DNA from: Candidatus Sungiibacteriota bacterium
Lineage (GTDB): Bacteria; Patescibacteriota; Minisyncoccia; Sungbacterales; HO2-52-23
Length of the DNA: 64,000 nt
Direction of reading: 5' to 3'
NCBI GenBank assembly: GCA_016180435.1
Contig: JACPBG010000003.1
Location: forward strand, 77,791-141,790
The notes beneath the pieces are model-generated. The model saw only the letters and a list, made by a program, of their open reading frames with translations, made no database searches and was not told the DNA's origin. Below, piece by piece: positions 35,377-44,328 of this stretch; position 1 is the first letter of the stretch, and every line of letters begins with the position of its first letter. Position numbers and translations under genes: made by a program.

Positions 35377-36015
35377 ATGAAAATCAAAGTTTACAACCAA
35401 GAAGGAAAAGAAGCAGGAACTGCGGATTTGCCGGACGGTGTGTTTGGGTTGAAGTGGAACGCGGATTTGGTGCATCAGGTGGTAACTGGCCAGGCCGCGA
35501 ATTTGCGTAGAGGCACGGCGCATGCTAAAGGCAGAAGTGAAGTTCGCGGAGGCGGGAGAAAACCCTGGCGGCAAAAAGGCACCGGTCGCGCGCGCCATGG
35601 CTCTATCCGTTCTCCCATTTGGATCGGAGGAGGGGTTACGCATGGCCCCTTGAAAGAAAAAAGTTATCATAAAAAAATCAACAAAAAGATGGCAAAAAAA
35701 GCCCTTTTTACGGCACTTTCCGCCAAAGCGCGGGACAATGAAATTGTTATTTTGGAGGACTTGAAATTCTCGGAAGCTAAAACCAGGTATGCCGCAGAAA
35801 TTTTCAGGAATTTATCGCAAGTTGACGCGCTCAAAGACATTGTAAAAGCCAAAACTCTGCTTGCGTTTCCGGAAAAAAGCCATGATTTAAAGCGCGCATT
35901 TCGTAATTTGCCGCGAGTCGGCATGGACGAGGCCAGGAATTTGAATGCGCATGAAGTATTGCAGTACCGTTATATTCTTATGTCCAAAGCTGTGTTAGGA
36001 ATATTTAAGCAGTGA
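35377..36015 (+). CDS. rplD: 50S ribosomal protein L4
   Basis: GGGRKPWRQKGTGRARHGSIRSPIWIGGGV. Stop TGA is contributed by the family B element. Confidence 0.9.
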   Translation: MKIKVYNQEGKEAGTADLPDGVFGLKWNADLVHQVVTGQAANLRRGTAHAKGRSEVRGGGRKPWRQKGTGRARHGSIRSPIWIGGGVTHGPLKEKSYHKKINKKMAKKALFTALSAKARDNEIVILEDLKFSEAKTRYAAEIFRNLSQVDALKDIVKAKTLLAFPEKSHDLKRAFRNLPRVGMDEARNLNAHEVLQYRYILMSKAVLGIFKQ

Positions 36016-36172
36016 TGCCAATCCTATGCGAATTTAATGCCAATCTGGCGAATTGCCAATAAATATTCTTCGAGTGAAATCGAGATGATACCTTAATGTA
36101 TATTCTCGACAAGCTCGAATAGTAACGATTCGTAATTTGTAGATTAGCACTTCATTTGTAGATTCGCATCAT
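36009..36172. repeat. Family B element, long variant
   Basis: agcagtgatgccaatcctatgcgaatttaatgcc...ttcttcgagtgaaatcgagatgatacc...gattcgcatca. Confidence 0.8.
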
Positions 36173-36176
36173 ATTG

Positions 36177-36587
36177 ATGTCTTTACTCAATTTATTAAAA
36201 AGAAAAAAGGAGCCCGTAGTTAAAGAGAAAGAAGATAAATCTTTCGCTAAGCCAGTTTTAGTTGAACCAAAAGATTCTGTTCAGGATGAAACGGTAGAAA
36301 AAAAATCCGGGAAAGCGGTTTGGGGAGTTATAATCCGCCCGCATGTGACTGAGAAATCTTCCGATGCCGGAGGAGAAAATAAATATATGTTTATTGTGTC
36401 GCAAGGATCAAATAAGCGCTCAATTAAACAGGCGGTAGAGGGGCGTTATGGCGTCTCTGTTAAAAAGGTCGGGGTTCTAACCATGCCGGAAAAGAAACGC
36501 ATGCGTGGACGGCAAACCGGGTGGAGGCAGGGATTCAAGAAAGCAGTGGTAACGCTGAAAGAAGGGCAAGCCATAGAATTGCAGTGA
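36177..36587 (+). CDS. rplW: 50S ribosomal protein L23 (N-terminal extension)
   Basis: VIIRPHVTEKSSDAGGENKYMFIVSQGSNKRSIKQAVEGRYGVSVKKV. Confidence 0.8.
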   Translation: MSLLNLLKRKKEPVVKEKEDKSFAKPVLVEPKDSVQDETVEKKSGKAVWGVIIRPHVTEKSSDAGGENKYMFIVSQGSNKRSIKQAVEGRYGVSVKKVGVLTMPEKKRMRGRQTGWRQGFKKAVVTLKEGQAIELQ

Positions 36588-36684
36588 TGCCAATCCAATG
36601 CGAATTTAATGCCAATCTGGCGAATTGCGAATACGTTATCATTAGCAATTTGTAGATTAGCATAAGATTTGTAGATTGGCATCA
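36581..36684. repeat. Family B element
   Basis: gcagtgatgccaatccaatgcgaatttaatgccaatctggcgaattgcgaat...gcataagatttgtagattggcatca. Confidence 0.8.
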
Positions 36685-36702
36685 TGTTGTGCGAAGCACG
36701 AT

Positions 36703-37533
36703 ATGAAAAAGTACAATCCCACATCATCCGCGCGGCGGCAAATGGAGACAGCGGAATATAAATCCGTACTTACCCGTACGGAGCCGTTGAAATCGCTTGC
36801 ATACGGAAGGAAGCGGGATGTGGGCAGGAATTCGTTTGGCCGCATAACCACGCGCCATAAAGGCGGCGGCGAGAAGCGTCTTTGGCGCGAAGTAGATTTT
36901 TTATATGATAAGCGCGATGTCCCGGCGAATGTAGAATCAATTGAATACGATCCGAATCGCTCGGCTTTTATTGCACTGCTTTCGTATCGCGACGGTGAAA
37001 AGCGTTATATTCTTGCTCCGCAGAATTTGCGTGTCGGAAATAAAGTCATAACATCCGAGCGCGCGCCGGTTGAAGTCGGGAATCGCATGCCTTTGAAGAA
37101 TATACCCGTAGGAACATTCGTATATAATGTTGAACTTGCTGAAGGTCGCGGAGCGCAATTAGTTCGTTCGGCCGGCGCGTATGCAACCGTTCTTGCCCAA
37201 GAGGGAGAATATACCCACCTTTCATTTCCGTCCAAGGAAATTAGAATGGTGCGAAGCGGCAATTGGGCTTCTGTCGGCGCGCTTTCCAATGAAGAGCATG
37301 GCAAAGTGATCTGGGGCAAAGCCGGAAGAATGCGCCATAAGGGGGTGCGGCCAACCGTACGGGGATCGGCCATGAATCCGGTGGATCATCCGCATGGCGG
37401 AGGCGAGGGCCGGACGCTGATCGGGCGCAGGCGAGGCCCGGCAACTCCGTGGGGAAAACCGGCTAGGGGTGTGAAAACCCGTAAGAGAAACAAGAAGTCG
37501 AGTAAATTTATTTTACATAAAAGAAGGAAGTAG
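36703..37533 (+). CDS. rplB: 50S ribosomal protein L2
   Basis: RNIPVGTFVYNVEL...GRGAQLVRSAG...VRGSAMNPVDHPHGGGEGR. Confidence 0.92.
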   Translation: MKKYNPTSSARRQMETAEYKSVLTRTEPLKSLAYGRKRDVGRNSFGRITTRHKGGGEKRLWREVDFLYDKRDVPANVESIEYDPNRSAFIALLSYRDGEKRYILAPQNLRVGNKVITSERAPVEVGNRMPLKNIPVGTFVYNVELAEGRGAQLVRSAGAYATVLAQEGEYTHLSFPSKEIRMVRSGNWASVGALSNEEHGKVIWGKAGRMRHKGVRPTVRGSAMNPVDHPHGGGEGRTLIGRRRGPATPWGKPARGVKTRKRNKKSSKFILHKRRK

Positions 37534-37652
37534 CCACAGATTATCACAGATTTCACTACAGATTGCCACAGATCACAGATAAGATTTCATTCTTCCGTTC
37601 CATCATCTGTGATCTGTGGACATCTGTGTAGCATCTGTGCGCATCTGTTGGA
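37534..37652. repeat. Family H element
   Basis: ccacagattatcacagatttcactacagattgccacagatcacagat ... catctgtgatctgtggacatctgtgtagcatctgtgcgcatctgttgg. Confidence 0.8.
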
Positions 37653-37655
37653 ATT

Positions 37656-37985
37656 ATGTCAAGATCATTAAAGAAGGGTCCATACGTTCATCCGTCTATA
37701 TTAAAACATATGTCCCGCATCCGAGCGGGTTCTAAAACCGTAATTAAAACCTGGGCTCGTGATTCTACGATTACCCCCGATATGGTGGGATATCTTTTTG
37801 GAGTACATAATGGTAGAAATTTTGTGGAATTTTACGTGTCCGAAGATATGGTCGGACATCACCTTGGAGAATTTTCTCCCACCCGGAAATTTGTCCGCCA
37901 TGGCGGAAGGATGCAAAAAGAGATGGAACAAAAAGCCGCAACGGCCGAAGCGGAAAAGGCTAAAGCAGCCACCGAGAAGAAATAG
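37656..37985 (+). CDS. rpsS: 30S ribosomal protein S19 (C-terminal extension)
   Basis: MSRSLKKGPYVHPSILK...GHHLGEFSPTRKF. Confidence 0.9.
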   Translation: MSRSLKKGPYVHPSILKHMSRIRAGSKTVIKTWARDSTITPDMVGYLFGVHNGRNFVEFYVSEDMVGHHLGEFSPTRKFVRHGGRMQKEMEQKAATAEAEKAKAATEKK

Positions 37986-38091
37986 AGCAGTGATGCCAAT
38001 CCCATGCGAATTTAATGCCAATCTACCAATTGCGAATATTCACATAATTCGCAATTCGCCAGATTAGCATTTCATTTGTAGATTTGCATCA
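37986..38091. repeat. Family B element
   Basis: agcagtgatgccaatcccatgcgaatttaatgccaatctaccaattgcgaat...agcatttcatttgtagatttgcatca. Confidence 0.8.
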
Positions 38092-38110
38092 TTGCAGTGC
38101 GAAGCACGAT

Positions 38111-38641
38111 ATGGAGATAAAAGCCAGTTTAAAAAATTTACATATTGCTCCGCGGAAAGTCCGGCTGGTTGCGGGACTGATAAAAGGCAAGGATATCGGA
38201 CGCGCCGAAGTGGAACTTGTTAATCTTGTGAAGCGATCTTCCAATCCGATTTTAAAACTTTTACGGTCCGCCGCTGCGAACGCCGCGCACAATTTTGGAT
38301 TACCCCGAGAATCATTGTATATCAAAGAAATAAAAGTAGATGCCGGACAAGTGTTTAAACGCTTTCGTGCTCGAGCTTTCGGCCGCGCCGCCCCTATACG
38401 AAAGCGAACAAGTCATGTATCATTAATTCTTGAATCTCGCGAGCACAACACTGCTCGTAAGCCAGGGCCCCGGTCAAATAGCGGGGCTGAGTTCCAAGGA
38501 GGCGTGGCAGAGCGGGAAATTTCGGCGGCACCTGAAAAAGAACGTAAATATGAGCGGGATTTAGGCGCAAGAAGGGGCCGGCCTTGGAAAACCAAACCGT
38601 TGAATTTTGTGAGAAGAGTGTTTAATAGAAAAGCAATTTAA
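38111..38641 (+). CDS. rplV: 50S ribosomal protein L22 (long C-terminal extension)
   Basis: MEIKASLKNLHIAPRKVRLVAGLIKGKDIGRAEVEL... Confidence 0.85.
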   Translation: MEIKASLKNLHIAPRKVRLVAGLIKGKDIGRAEVELVNLVKRSSNPILKLLRSAAANAAHNFGLPRESLYIKEIKVDAGQVFKRFRARAFGRAAPIRKRTSHVSLILESREHNTARKPGPRSNSGAEFQGGVAEREISAAPEKERKYERDLGARRGRPWKTKPLNFVRRVFNRKAI

Positions 38642-38725
<84 letters not shown>

Positions 38726-39463
38726 GTGACTCATCGAGTTCATCCATACATATTTCGGATTGGGCATACGACGAATTGGAAGTCGCGTTGGTTTAGGGCG
38801 CATAAATTTTCTGAATATTTGCGTGAAGATGCCATATTGCGCGAGTTGCTGGAGAAAAAATTGCGCAAGAATCATATTGAGGCGATTGAAATTGAACGAG
38901 CTCCCAATGTTGTGCGGATATTTGTAAGAACTGCGCGCCCCGGAATGATTATAGGACGCGGAGGAGAGGGATCCGAAAAATTAAAAAATGAGATTACCGC
39001 ATATCTTGCCAAAATACGTAAGAGATTCAATAGCCCCGTGGTTCAAAAAGAGGATCTGAAGCTTACCATTGAAGAGGTGCGCGCTCCGGAGACCCATGCC
39101 CTAATCGCAGGGCAGATGATCGCAGATGAGATTGAAAAGCGTATTCCATTTCGCCGCGTGTTAAAACAGGCCGTTGAGAGGATTTTTGGATCAAAGGGCG
39201 TTGAGGGCGTTAAAATAATGATAAAAGGGCGTCTGGACGGCAATGAAATTGCGCGCACCGAATGGCTGAAAAGAGGACGGATTCCGCTGCAAACCATTCG
39301 TGCCAACATAGATTTTGCGCATCGTACTGCCTATACCACATATGGGACGATTGGGATAAAAGTATGGATTTATAAAGGAGATATATTTGATAAGAACTTA
39401 GATCTTAGAACTAAGAACTTAGACAAGCATTTAGAACTTAGAACCAAGAACTTAGAAAATTAA
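38726..39463 (+). CDS. rpsC: 30S ribosomal protein S3 with repeat-encoded C-terminal tail
   Basis: KH and S3_C domains (IGRGGEGSEKLKNE...). The last 24 aa (DKNLDLRTKNLDKHLELRTKNLEN) are encoded by the family F element. Confidence 0.9.
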   Translation: MTHRVHPYIFRIGHTTNWKSRWFRAHKFSEYLREDAILRELLEKKLRKNHIEAIEIERAPNVVRIFVRTARPGMIIGRGGEGSEKLKNEITAYLAKIRKRFNSPVVQKEDLKLTIEEVRAPETHALIAGQMIADEIEKRIPFRRVLKQAVERIFGSKGVEGVKIMIKGRLDGNEIARTEWLKRGRIPLQTIRANIDFAHRTAYTTYGTIGIKVWIYKGDIFDKNLDLRTKNLDKHLELRTKNLEN

Positions 39464-39515
39464 ACTATTTACTAAGTTCTAAACGCTAAGTTCTGAGATC
39501 TTTTGCGAAGCAAAC
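39392..39515. repeat. Family F element overlapping the rpsC 3' end and the intergenic gap
   Basis: taagaacttagatcttagaactaagaacttagacaagcatttagaacttagaaccaagaacttagaaaattaaactatttactaagttctaaacgctaagttctgagatcttttgcgaagcaaac, then ATG of rplP. Confidence 0.8.
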
Positions 39516-39920
39516 ATGTTTCAGCCCAAAAAAGTAAAACATAGGAAGTGGCATAAAGGCAGGACCAAAGGCCTTGAATATAGATCCAATAATATAGCGT
39601 TTGGATCTTACGGTCTAAAAGGGCTTGAGGCCCGTTGGATTACTGCGCGTCAGATTGAGGCGGCGCGCCGCGCCATGACGCGATATGTCGAGCGCGGGGG
39701 AAAAATTTGGATCCGTATTTTTCCGGATAAGCCGGTTACTAAAAAACCCCCCGAGGTGACGCTGGGAGGAGGAAAAGGCGCGGTGGATCATTATGTGGTT
39801 CCGGTGCGGCCCGGCAAAATACTTTTTGAAATAGACGGCGTGTTACCGGATATTGCGGAGGAGGCATTGCGTTTGGCTGCTCATAAGATGCCGATAAAGA
39901 CAAAGATTATAAGGAAATAA
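39516..39920 (+). CDS. rplP: 50S ribosomal protein L16
   Basis: [19 protein letters not shown]...[28 protein letters not shown]. Confidence 0.9.
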   Translation: MFQPKKVKHRKWHKGRTKGLEYRSNNIAFGSYGLKGLEARWITARQIEAARRAMTRYVERGGKIWIRIFPDKPVTKKPPEVTLGGGKGAVDHYVVPVRPGKILFEIDGVLPDIAEEALRLAAHKMPIKTKIIRK

Positions 39921-40020
39921 ACCCTGTACACAAATCCACAAATGAGCACACAAATCCACAAATGGAATAAGTATTCGTGATTCGTGGATTGGTGTAAACA
40001 TTCGTTGATTAGTGTGTTTT
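39921..40020. repeat. Family C element
   Basis: accctgtacacaaatccacaaatgagcacacaaatccacaaatgg...cgtgattcgtggattggtgtaaacattcgttgattagtgtgtttt, then ATG. Confidence 0.8.
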
Positions 40021-40200
40021 ATGAAAATTGCAGAACTGCGTCAAAAAACAAAGGAGGAGTTACAGGAGCTGTTGCACGAGAAGTGCGCCCGGATTGATGA
40101 ATTAAGGCCGCTTTTGCATCAAAAAAAGGTGAAAAATGTTAAAGAATTATCCAGAGTTAAAAAAGATATAGCGAGAATAATGACATTATTACATTTGTGA
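40021..40200 (+). CDS. rpmC: 50S ribosomal protein L29
   Basis: MKIAELRQKTKEELQELLHEKCARIDELR. Confidence 0.85.
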   Translation: MKIAELRQKTKEELQELLHEKCARIDELRPLLHQKKVKNVKELSRVKKDIARIMTLLHL

Positions 40201-40202
40201 TA

Positions 40203-40303
40203 TCAACGAATAACGAATCTTGCGCGAATTTACGAATAAACGAATTTATGGTGAGTAGAGTCGAACCATTCGTATATTCGTAATAAATTCGTTATTCGAT
40301 GAT
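40203..40303. repeat. Family A' element
   Basis: atcaacgaataacgaatcttgcgcgaatttacgaataaacgaattt...ccattcgtatattcgtaataaattcgttattcgatgat. Confidence 0.75.
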
Positions 40304-40317
40304 AGAGCGAAGCGATC

Positions 40318-40608
40318 ATGAGGAAACTTAAAGGTATTGTCACATCCGATAAGATGCAAAAGACCGTCGGAGTGCGAGTAGATCGGTTAAAAAAACACCC
40401 AAAATACGGGAAATATTTTCGTACAACGCAAAAGTTTAAAGCACATGACGAAAAAGGGGAATATAAAATTGGCGATCTGGTTATTATTCAGGAAACAAGG
40501 CCGCTGTCCAAAGATAAAAGATGGCGTGCAGTTTCTTTAGTAAAACGCGGGATTGTGGAAACAGATGAGAAGGAAGAAAGCAGTGATGCCAATCCGATGC
40601 GAATTTAA
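40318..40608 (+). CDS. rpsQ: 30S ribosomal protein S17, C-terminus extended into the B element
   Basis: KGIVTSDKMQKTVGVRVDRLKKHPKYGK. The final SSDANPMRI* is encoded by family B sequence. Confidence 0.85.
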   Translation: MRKLKGIVTSDKMQKTVGVRVDRLKKHPKYGKYFRTTQKFKAHDEKGEYKIGDLVIIQETRPLSKDKRWRAVSLVKRGIVETDEKEESSDANPMRI

Positions 40609-40743
40609 TGCCAATCTGGCGAATTGCCAATAATTATTCTTCGAGTGTAATCGAGAAGTACCTTAGGGTATTATTCTCGACAAGCTCGAATGATAACCGA
40701 TTCGCAATTTGTAGATTAGCATAAGATTTGTAGATTGGCATCA
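40579..40743. repeat. Family B element, long variant
   Basis: agcagtgatgccaatccgatgcgaatttaatgccaatctggcgaattgccaat...ttcttcgagtgtaatcgagaag...gattggcatca. Confidence 0.8.
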
Positions 40744-40750
40744 TATTAAA

Positions 40751-41116
40751 ATGATCCAGCTTCGTTCTATGGTAAAAGTGGCAGATAATTCTGGGGCTGT
40801 TTTGCTCCAAGTTTTTCAGGTATCGCGCGGATCCCGCCATCGTTATGCGCGTATTGGCGATATGGTTGTTGCTTCGGTAAAAATTGCCGAACCTGGCAAG
40901 GCGGTTAAGAAAAAAGACGTTGTACACGCAGTGATTGTGCGAACGCGATCCCCGTATCGTCGCAAGGATGGGACCTATGTGCGTTTTGATGATAATGCCG
41001 CAGTAATACTTGACGGGACAGAACCCAAAGGAGGAAGGATTTTTGGTCCGGTAGCCCGGGAATTGCGCGATAGAGGATTTACAAAAATTGTTTCATTGGC
41101 GTCAGAAGTCGTATAA
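40751..41116 (+). CDS. rplN: 50S ribosomal protein L14
   Basis: [16 protein letters not shown]...[11 protein letters not shown]. Confidence 0.9.
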   Translation: MIQLRSMVKVADNSGAVLLQVFQVSRGSRHRYARIGDMVVASVKIAEPGKAVKKKDVVHAVIVRTRSPYRRKDGTYVRFDDNAAVILDGTEPKGGRIFGPVARELRDRGFTKIVSLASEVV

Positions 41117-41280
41117 AGCAGTGATGCCAATCCTATGCGAATTTAATGCCAATCCGGCGAATTGCCAATAATTATTCTTCGAGTGAAATCGAGATGATAC
41201 CTTAATGTATATTCTCGACAAGCTCGAATAGTAACGATTCGTAATTTGTAGATTAGCATAAGATTTGTAGATTGGCATCA
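41117..41280. repeat. Family B element, long variant
   Basis: agcagtgatgccaatcctatgcgaatttaatgccaatccggcgaattgccaat...gattggcatca. Confidence 0.8.
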
Positions 41281-41287
41281 TATTAGA

Positions 41288-41596
41288 ATGAAAATAAAAA
41301 AAGGCGACACCGTAAAAATAACTTCGGGTAATGATAAAGGGAAGACCGGCAAGGTCATCCGGGCTTTCGGGAATGCAGGAAAAATCGTAGTGGAGGGTGT
41401 GAATATCCGCAAGAAACACGTCCGTCCGAAGCGCCAGGGACAGAAAGGAGAAATAGTCCGAATCCCGGCGCCATTTTTAGTATCAAGGGCCATGTTGCTT
41501 TGTCCCAAATGTGGGAAGCTCATTCGTCCGGGGATGATATTGCATGAAGACTCCGTAAAGGTCCGTATATGCAAAAAATGCAGTGCGGAGATTTAA
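41288..41596 (+). CDS. rplX: 50S ribosomal protein L24 with C-terminal zinc-ribbon extension
   Basis: MKIKKGDTVKITSGNDKGKTGKV (KOW motif); CPKCG...CKKC tail. Confidence 0.85.
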   Translation: MKIKKGDTVKITSGNDKGKTGKVIRAFGNAGKIVVEGVNIRKKHVRPKRQGQKGEIVRIPAPFLVSRAMLLCPKCGKLIRPGMILHEDSVKVRICKKCSAEI

Positions 41597-41606
41597 ATTT
41601 TAAATT

Positions 41607-42149
41607 ATGCCGATCCAATCTTTACAAGAGCGATATAATAAAGACATTGTGCCGGCAATGGTGAAGCGATTCGGATATAAAAATATAATGGCCGTTCCAC
41701 GGATCCAAAAGGTTGTTTTGAATTGCGGAGTTGGGAAATTGCGCGACGAGAAACAGCGGGAAGAAGTGATCAAGTTTTTGACTTTAATTGCCGGTCAAAA
41801 GCCTTCGCCGCGCTCTGCGAAAAAAGCCATAGCGTCATTTAAAACGCGTAAAGGTCTTGTTATAGGATATCAAGTGACATTACGGGGAAGGCGCATGTAT
41901 GATTTCATTTCCAGGTTCACAGATATAGCGCTCCCGCGCACCCGTGATTTTAGGGGAATTGATGCAAAATCGTTTGATAGCGGCGGGAATTTGACAATTG
42001 GAATTAAAGAGCATATAGTATTTCCTGAAATGATCGGAGAGGATTACCATTTTTTGTTCGGCCTTGAAGTTACGATAGTGACCACGGCTCCAAGGCGAGA
42101 AGAGGGGGTTGAATTATTAAAGTTGATGGGATTCCCAATAAAGCAGTGA
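41607..42149 (+). CDS. rplE: 50S ribosomal protein L5
   Basis: NIMAVPRIQKVVLNCGVG...GMDITIVTTA-like core. Stop TGA is contributed by the B element. Confidence 0.9.
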   Translation: MPIQSLQERYNKDIVPAMVKRFGYKNIMAVPRIQKVVLNCGVGKLRDEKQREEVIKFLTLIAGQKPSPRSAKKAIASFKTRKGLVIGYQVTLRGRRMYDFISRFTDIALPRTRDFRGIDAKSFDSGGNLTIGIKEHIVFPEMIGEDYHFLFGLEVTIVTTAPRREEGVELLKLMGFPIKQ

Positions 42150-42256
42150 TGCCAATCCGATGCGAATTTAATGCCAATCTGGCGAATTGCGAATACCAAA
42201 TAAAGGAGTTTATTAGCAATTTGTAGATTAGCATAAGATTTGTAGATTGGCATCAT
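42141..42256. repeat. Family B element
   Basis: agcagtgatgccaatccgatgcgaatttaatgccaatctggcgaattgcgaat...gcataagatttgtagattggcatca. Confidence 0.8.
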
Positions 42257-42257
42257 A

Positions 42258-42446
42258 TTGATGGCTAAACAATCTGTCATAGCAAGGGCCCTAAAAAAAC
42301 CCAAATACAAATCCCGCTTAGTGCGCCGGTGTTTCCGTTGTGGCCGTAAACGCGGATATATGAGGGCGTTTGACGCGTGCCGGATTTGTTTCAGAGAAAT
42401 GGCAAACAGAGGGGAAATACCCGGAATAAAGAAAAGCAGCTGGTAA
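42258..42446 (+). CDS. rpsZ: 30S ribosomal protein S14 type Z (zinc-binding)
   Basis: 62 aa; [20 protein letters not shown]. Confidence 0.85.
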   Translation: MMAKQSVIARALKKPKYKSRLVRRCFRCGRKRGYMRAFDACRICFREMANRGEIPGIKKSSW

Positions 42447-42453
42447 CTGATAA

Positions 42454-42538
42454 CTTTACGAAATACGAATCATTACGAATGTACGAATACATTTTATCAG
42501 ATTATTCGTAAATTCGTATATATTAGTATTTCGTAAAG
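42454..42538. repeat. Family A element
   Basis: ctttacgaaatacgaatcattacgaatgtacgaatac...attcgtaaattcgtatatattagtatttcgtaaag. Confidence 0.8.
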
Positions 42539-42547
42539 ATAAAGATT

Positions 42548-42934
42548 ATGGATCCTATTTCAGATATGTTCATCCGCATAAAAAATGCGCAAAAAGCGGG
42601 GCATGAAACTGCCTCCGTTCCTTATTCTAAATTCAAGTTTGAATTGATTAAAGTTCTTGAGCGAAGCGGATATATAAATAGTGCGGAACGTCGCGGGAAA
42701 CGTATAAAACGTTTTATAGAAGTTGGTTTAAAGTACCATAACGGATCTCCTGCTGTTTCCGGAATCCGTCTGCTTTCACGCCCGAGCAGGCGCGTATATG
42801 CAAGCGCCAAAGAACTGTTGGGAATTGCGCGTCACGGCGGGGTTGTAGCGGTGAGTACTTCTAAGGGCGTTATGTCCCATAAAGATGCGTTGAAGGGAAA
42901 GGTCGGAGGACAGCTGATAGCGGAAATATGGTGA
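42548..42934 (+). CDS. rpsH: 30S ribosomal protein S8
   Basis: MDPISDMFIRIKNAQKAGHETASVPYSK. Confidence 0.9.
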   Translation: MDPISDMFIRIKNAQKAGHETASVPYSKFKFELIKVLERSGYINSAERRGKRIKRFIEVGLKYHNGSPAVSGIRLLSRPSRRVYASAKELLGIARHGGVVAVSTSKGVMSHKDALKGKVGGQLIAEIW

Positions 42935-42943
42935 GATCTCTCG

Positions 42944-43170
42944 TTGCAGCGTTTTTAGATATTTTGCTTTCTCGACAAGTCCTCGGCCGCTCCTGCGGCG
43001 GCCTGCGGGGTCGGGCAAACACCGAGCACTGAATTTGTTCTAAAAATAGTTCCAGAGTTTGTCGAGGGACTACCTTGAAAGAAATCGGCATTGTATTGTG
43101 GGTTGAGTGCTCGGACCAAGCTGTTTGTCCTCCCATTGTCTCGAAAGTAAAATATCCAAAACGCATATAT
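42944..43170 (+). repeat. Family E structured element (copy E3, long variant)
   Basis: ~30-bp outer stem gcgtttttagatattttgctttctcgacaa / ttgtctcgaaagtaaaatatccaaaacgc; ggccgctcctgcggcggcc; stem gggcaaaca/tgtttgtcc; internal aaatagttccagagtttgtcgagggactacc insert shared with E1. Confidence 0.75.
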
Positions 43171-43197
43171 ACTCAATTAATAAGTTTAATATAATGT

Positions 43198-43740
43198 ATG
43201 AGTAGAATCGGTAAAAAACCAATTTTAATACCGCCTGGCGTTGAGGTGTCAATTCGTGATAATGTAGTTACGGTTAAGGGGCCCAAAGGAGAACTTTCAC
43301 GGATATTACATTCGGAAATTTCAGCCGATATAAATGATAAAACTATAGTTGTTTCTACGGCTGGAGTTAGTAAAAAATCATCTGCACTTTGGGGTCTTTC
43401 TCGATCGCTGATAGCCAATATGGTTGAAGGAGTAACTAACGCCTTTCGAAAAAAACTGGATTTTGAGGGTATTGGATTCAGGGCGAGTATTGATGGCGGC
43501 GCTTTGCAGATGCAACTTGGTTTCTCGCATCCGGTGCGAATCGAACCGCCTGAAGGCATTGCGTTTTTAGTTGAAAAAAACGTGATTACTATTTTAGGAA
43601 TTGATAAGGAGGCGGTAGGTAATACGGCGGCGCGCATTAGGCGGCTGAAGCCAGTAGAGCCGTATAAAGGGAAGGGCATTAAGTATCAAGGGGAGATAGT
43701 GAAAAGAAAAGCCGGAAAAAAAGCGGTCGCGTCTGCATAA
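43198..43740 (+). CDS. rplF: 50S ribosomal protein L6
   Basis: MSRIGKKPILIPPGVEVSIRDNVVTVKGPKGEL. Confidence 0.9.
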   Translation: MSRIGKKPILIPPGVEVSIRDNVVTVKGPKGELSRILHSEISADINDKTIVVSTAGVSKKSSALWGLSRSLIANMVEGVTNAFRKKLDFEGIGFRASIDGGALQMQLGFSHPVRIEPPEGIAFLVEKNVITILGIDKEAVGNTAARIRRLKPVEPYKGKGIKYQGEIVKRKAGKKAVASA

Positions 43741-43862
43741 TGCGAGATTTTAGAACTTAGAACCAAGAACTTAGACAAGCATTTAGAACTTAGAACCAAG
43801 AACTTAGAAAATTAAACTATTTACTAAGTTCTAAGATCTAAGATCTAAGTTCTCGTGCGAGA
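43741..43862. repeat. Family F palindromic element
   Basis: tgcgagattttagaacttagaaccaagaacttagacaagcatttagaacttagaaccaagaacttagaaaattaaactatttactaagttctaagatctaagatctaagttctcgtgcgagatc. Confidence 0.8.
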
Positions 43863-43870
43863 TCAAATTT

Positions 43871-44236
43871 ATGGGATTGAAACAGGAAAAAAGAGATCGT
43901 CGACACAAGCGTGTACGAAGTCGAATCCGAGGAACGAGCACGCGGCCGCGCCTTTCGGTCTTTCGCTCTAACCGCCATATTGCGGCCCAGCTTATTGATG
44001 ATGAAGCCGGCAGGACGCTTTTATCCGTTAGCGATATGGATATCGGTACGGGCAAGAAAAAAAATTCCCAATCCGGATCATTATACGTCCGCGCCGAAAA
44101 AGTCGGTACTCTGCTGGCAGAAAAAGCTCAGAAACTTTCTATGGCGTCGGTTGTGTTTGACCGCGGGGGATATGCGTATCATGGCGCCGTTAAAGCCTTG
44201 GCGGATGGAGCAAGGAAAGGAGGATTACAATTTTAA
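43871..44236 (+). CDS. rplR: 50S ribosomal protein L18
   Basis: RPRLSVFRSNRHIAAQLIDDEAGRTL...VFDRGGYAYHGAVKALADGARKGGL. Confidence 0.85.
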   Translation: MGLKQEKRDRRHKRVRSRIRGTSTRPRLSVFRSNRHIAAQLIDDEAGRTLLSVSDMDIGTGKKKNSQSGSLYVRAEKVGTLLAEKAQKLSMASVVFDRGGYAYHGAVKALADGARKGGLQF

Positions 44237-44239
44237 TTG

Positions 44240-44326
44240 ATTTTACGAAATACGAATCATTACAAATATACGAATACGTTTTGGTAAGTTGATTCGTAAA
44301 TTCGTACCTATTCGTATTTCGTAAAG
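44240..44326. repeat. Family A element
   Basis: ttttacgaaatacgaatcattacaaatatacgaatacgttttggtaagttgattcgtaaattcgtacctattcgtatttcgtaaag. Confidence 0.85.
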
Positions 44327-44328
44327 GC

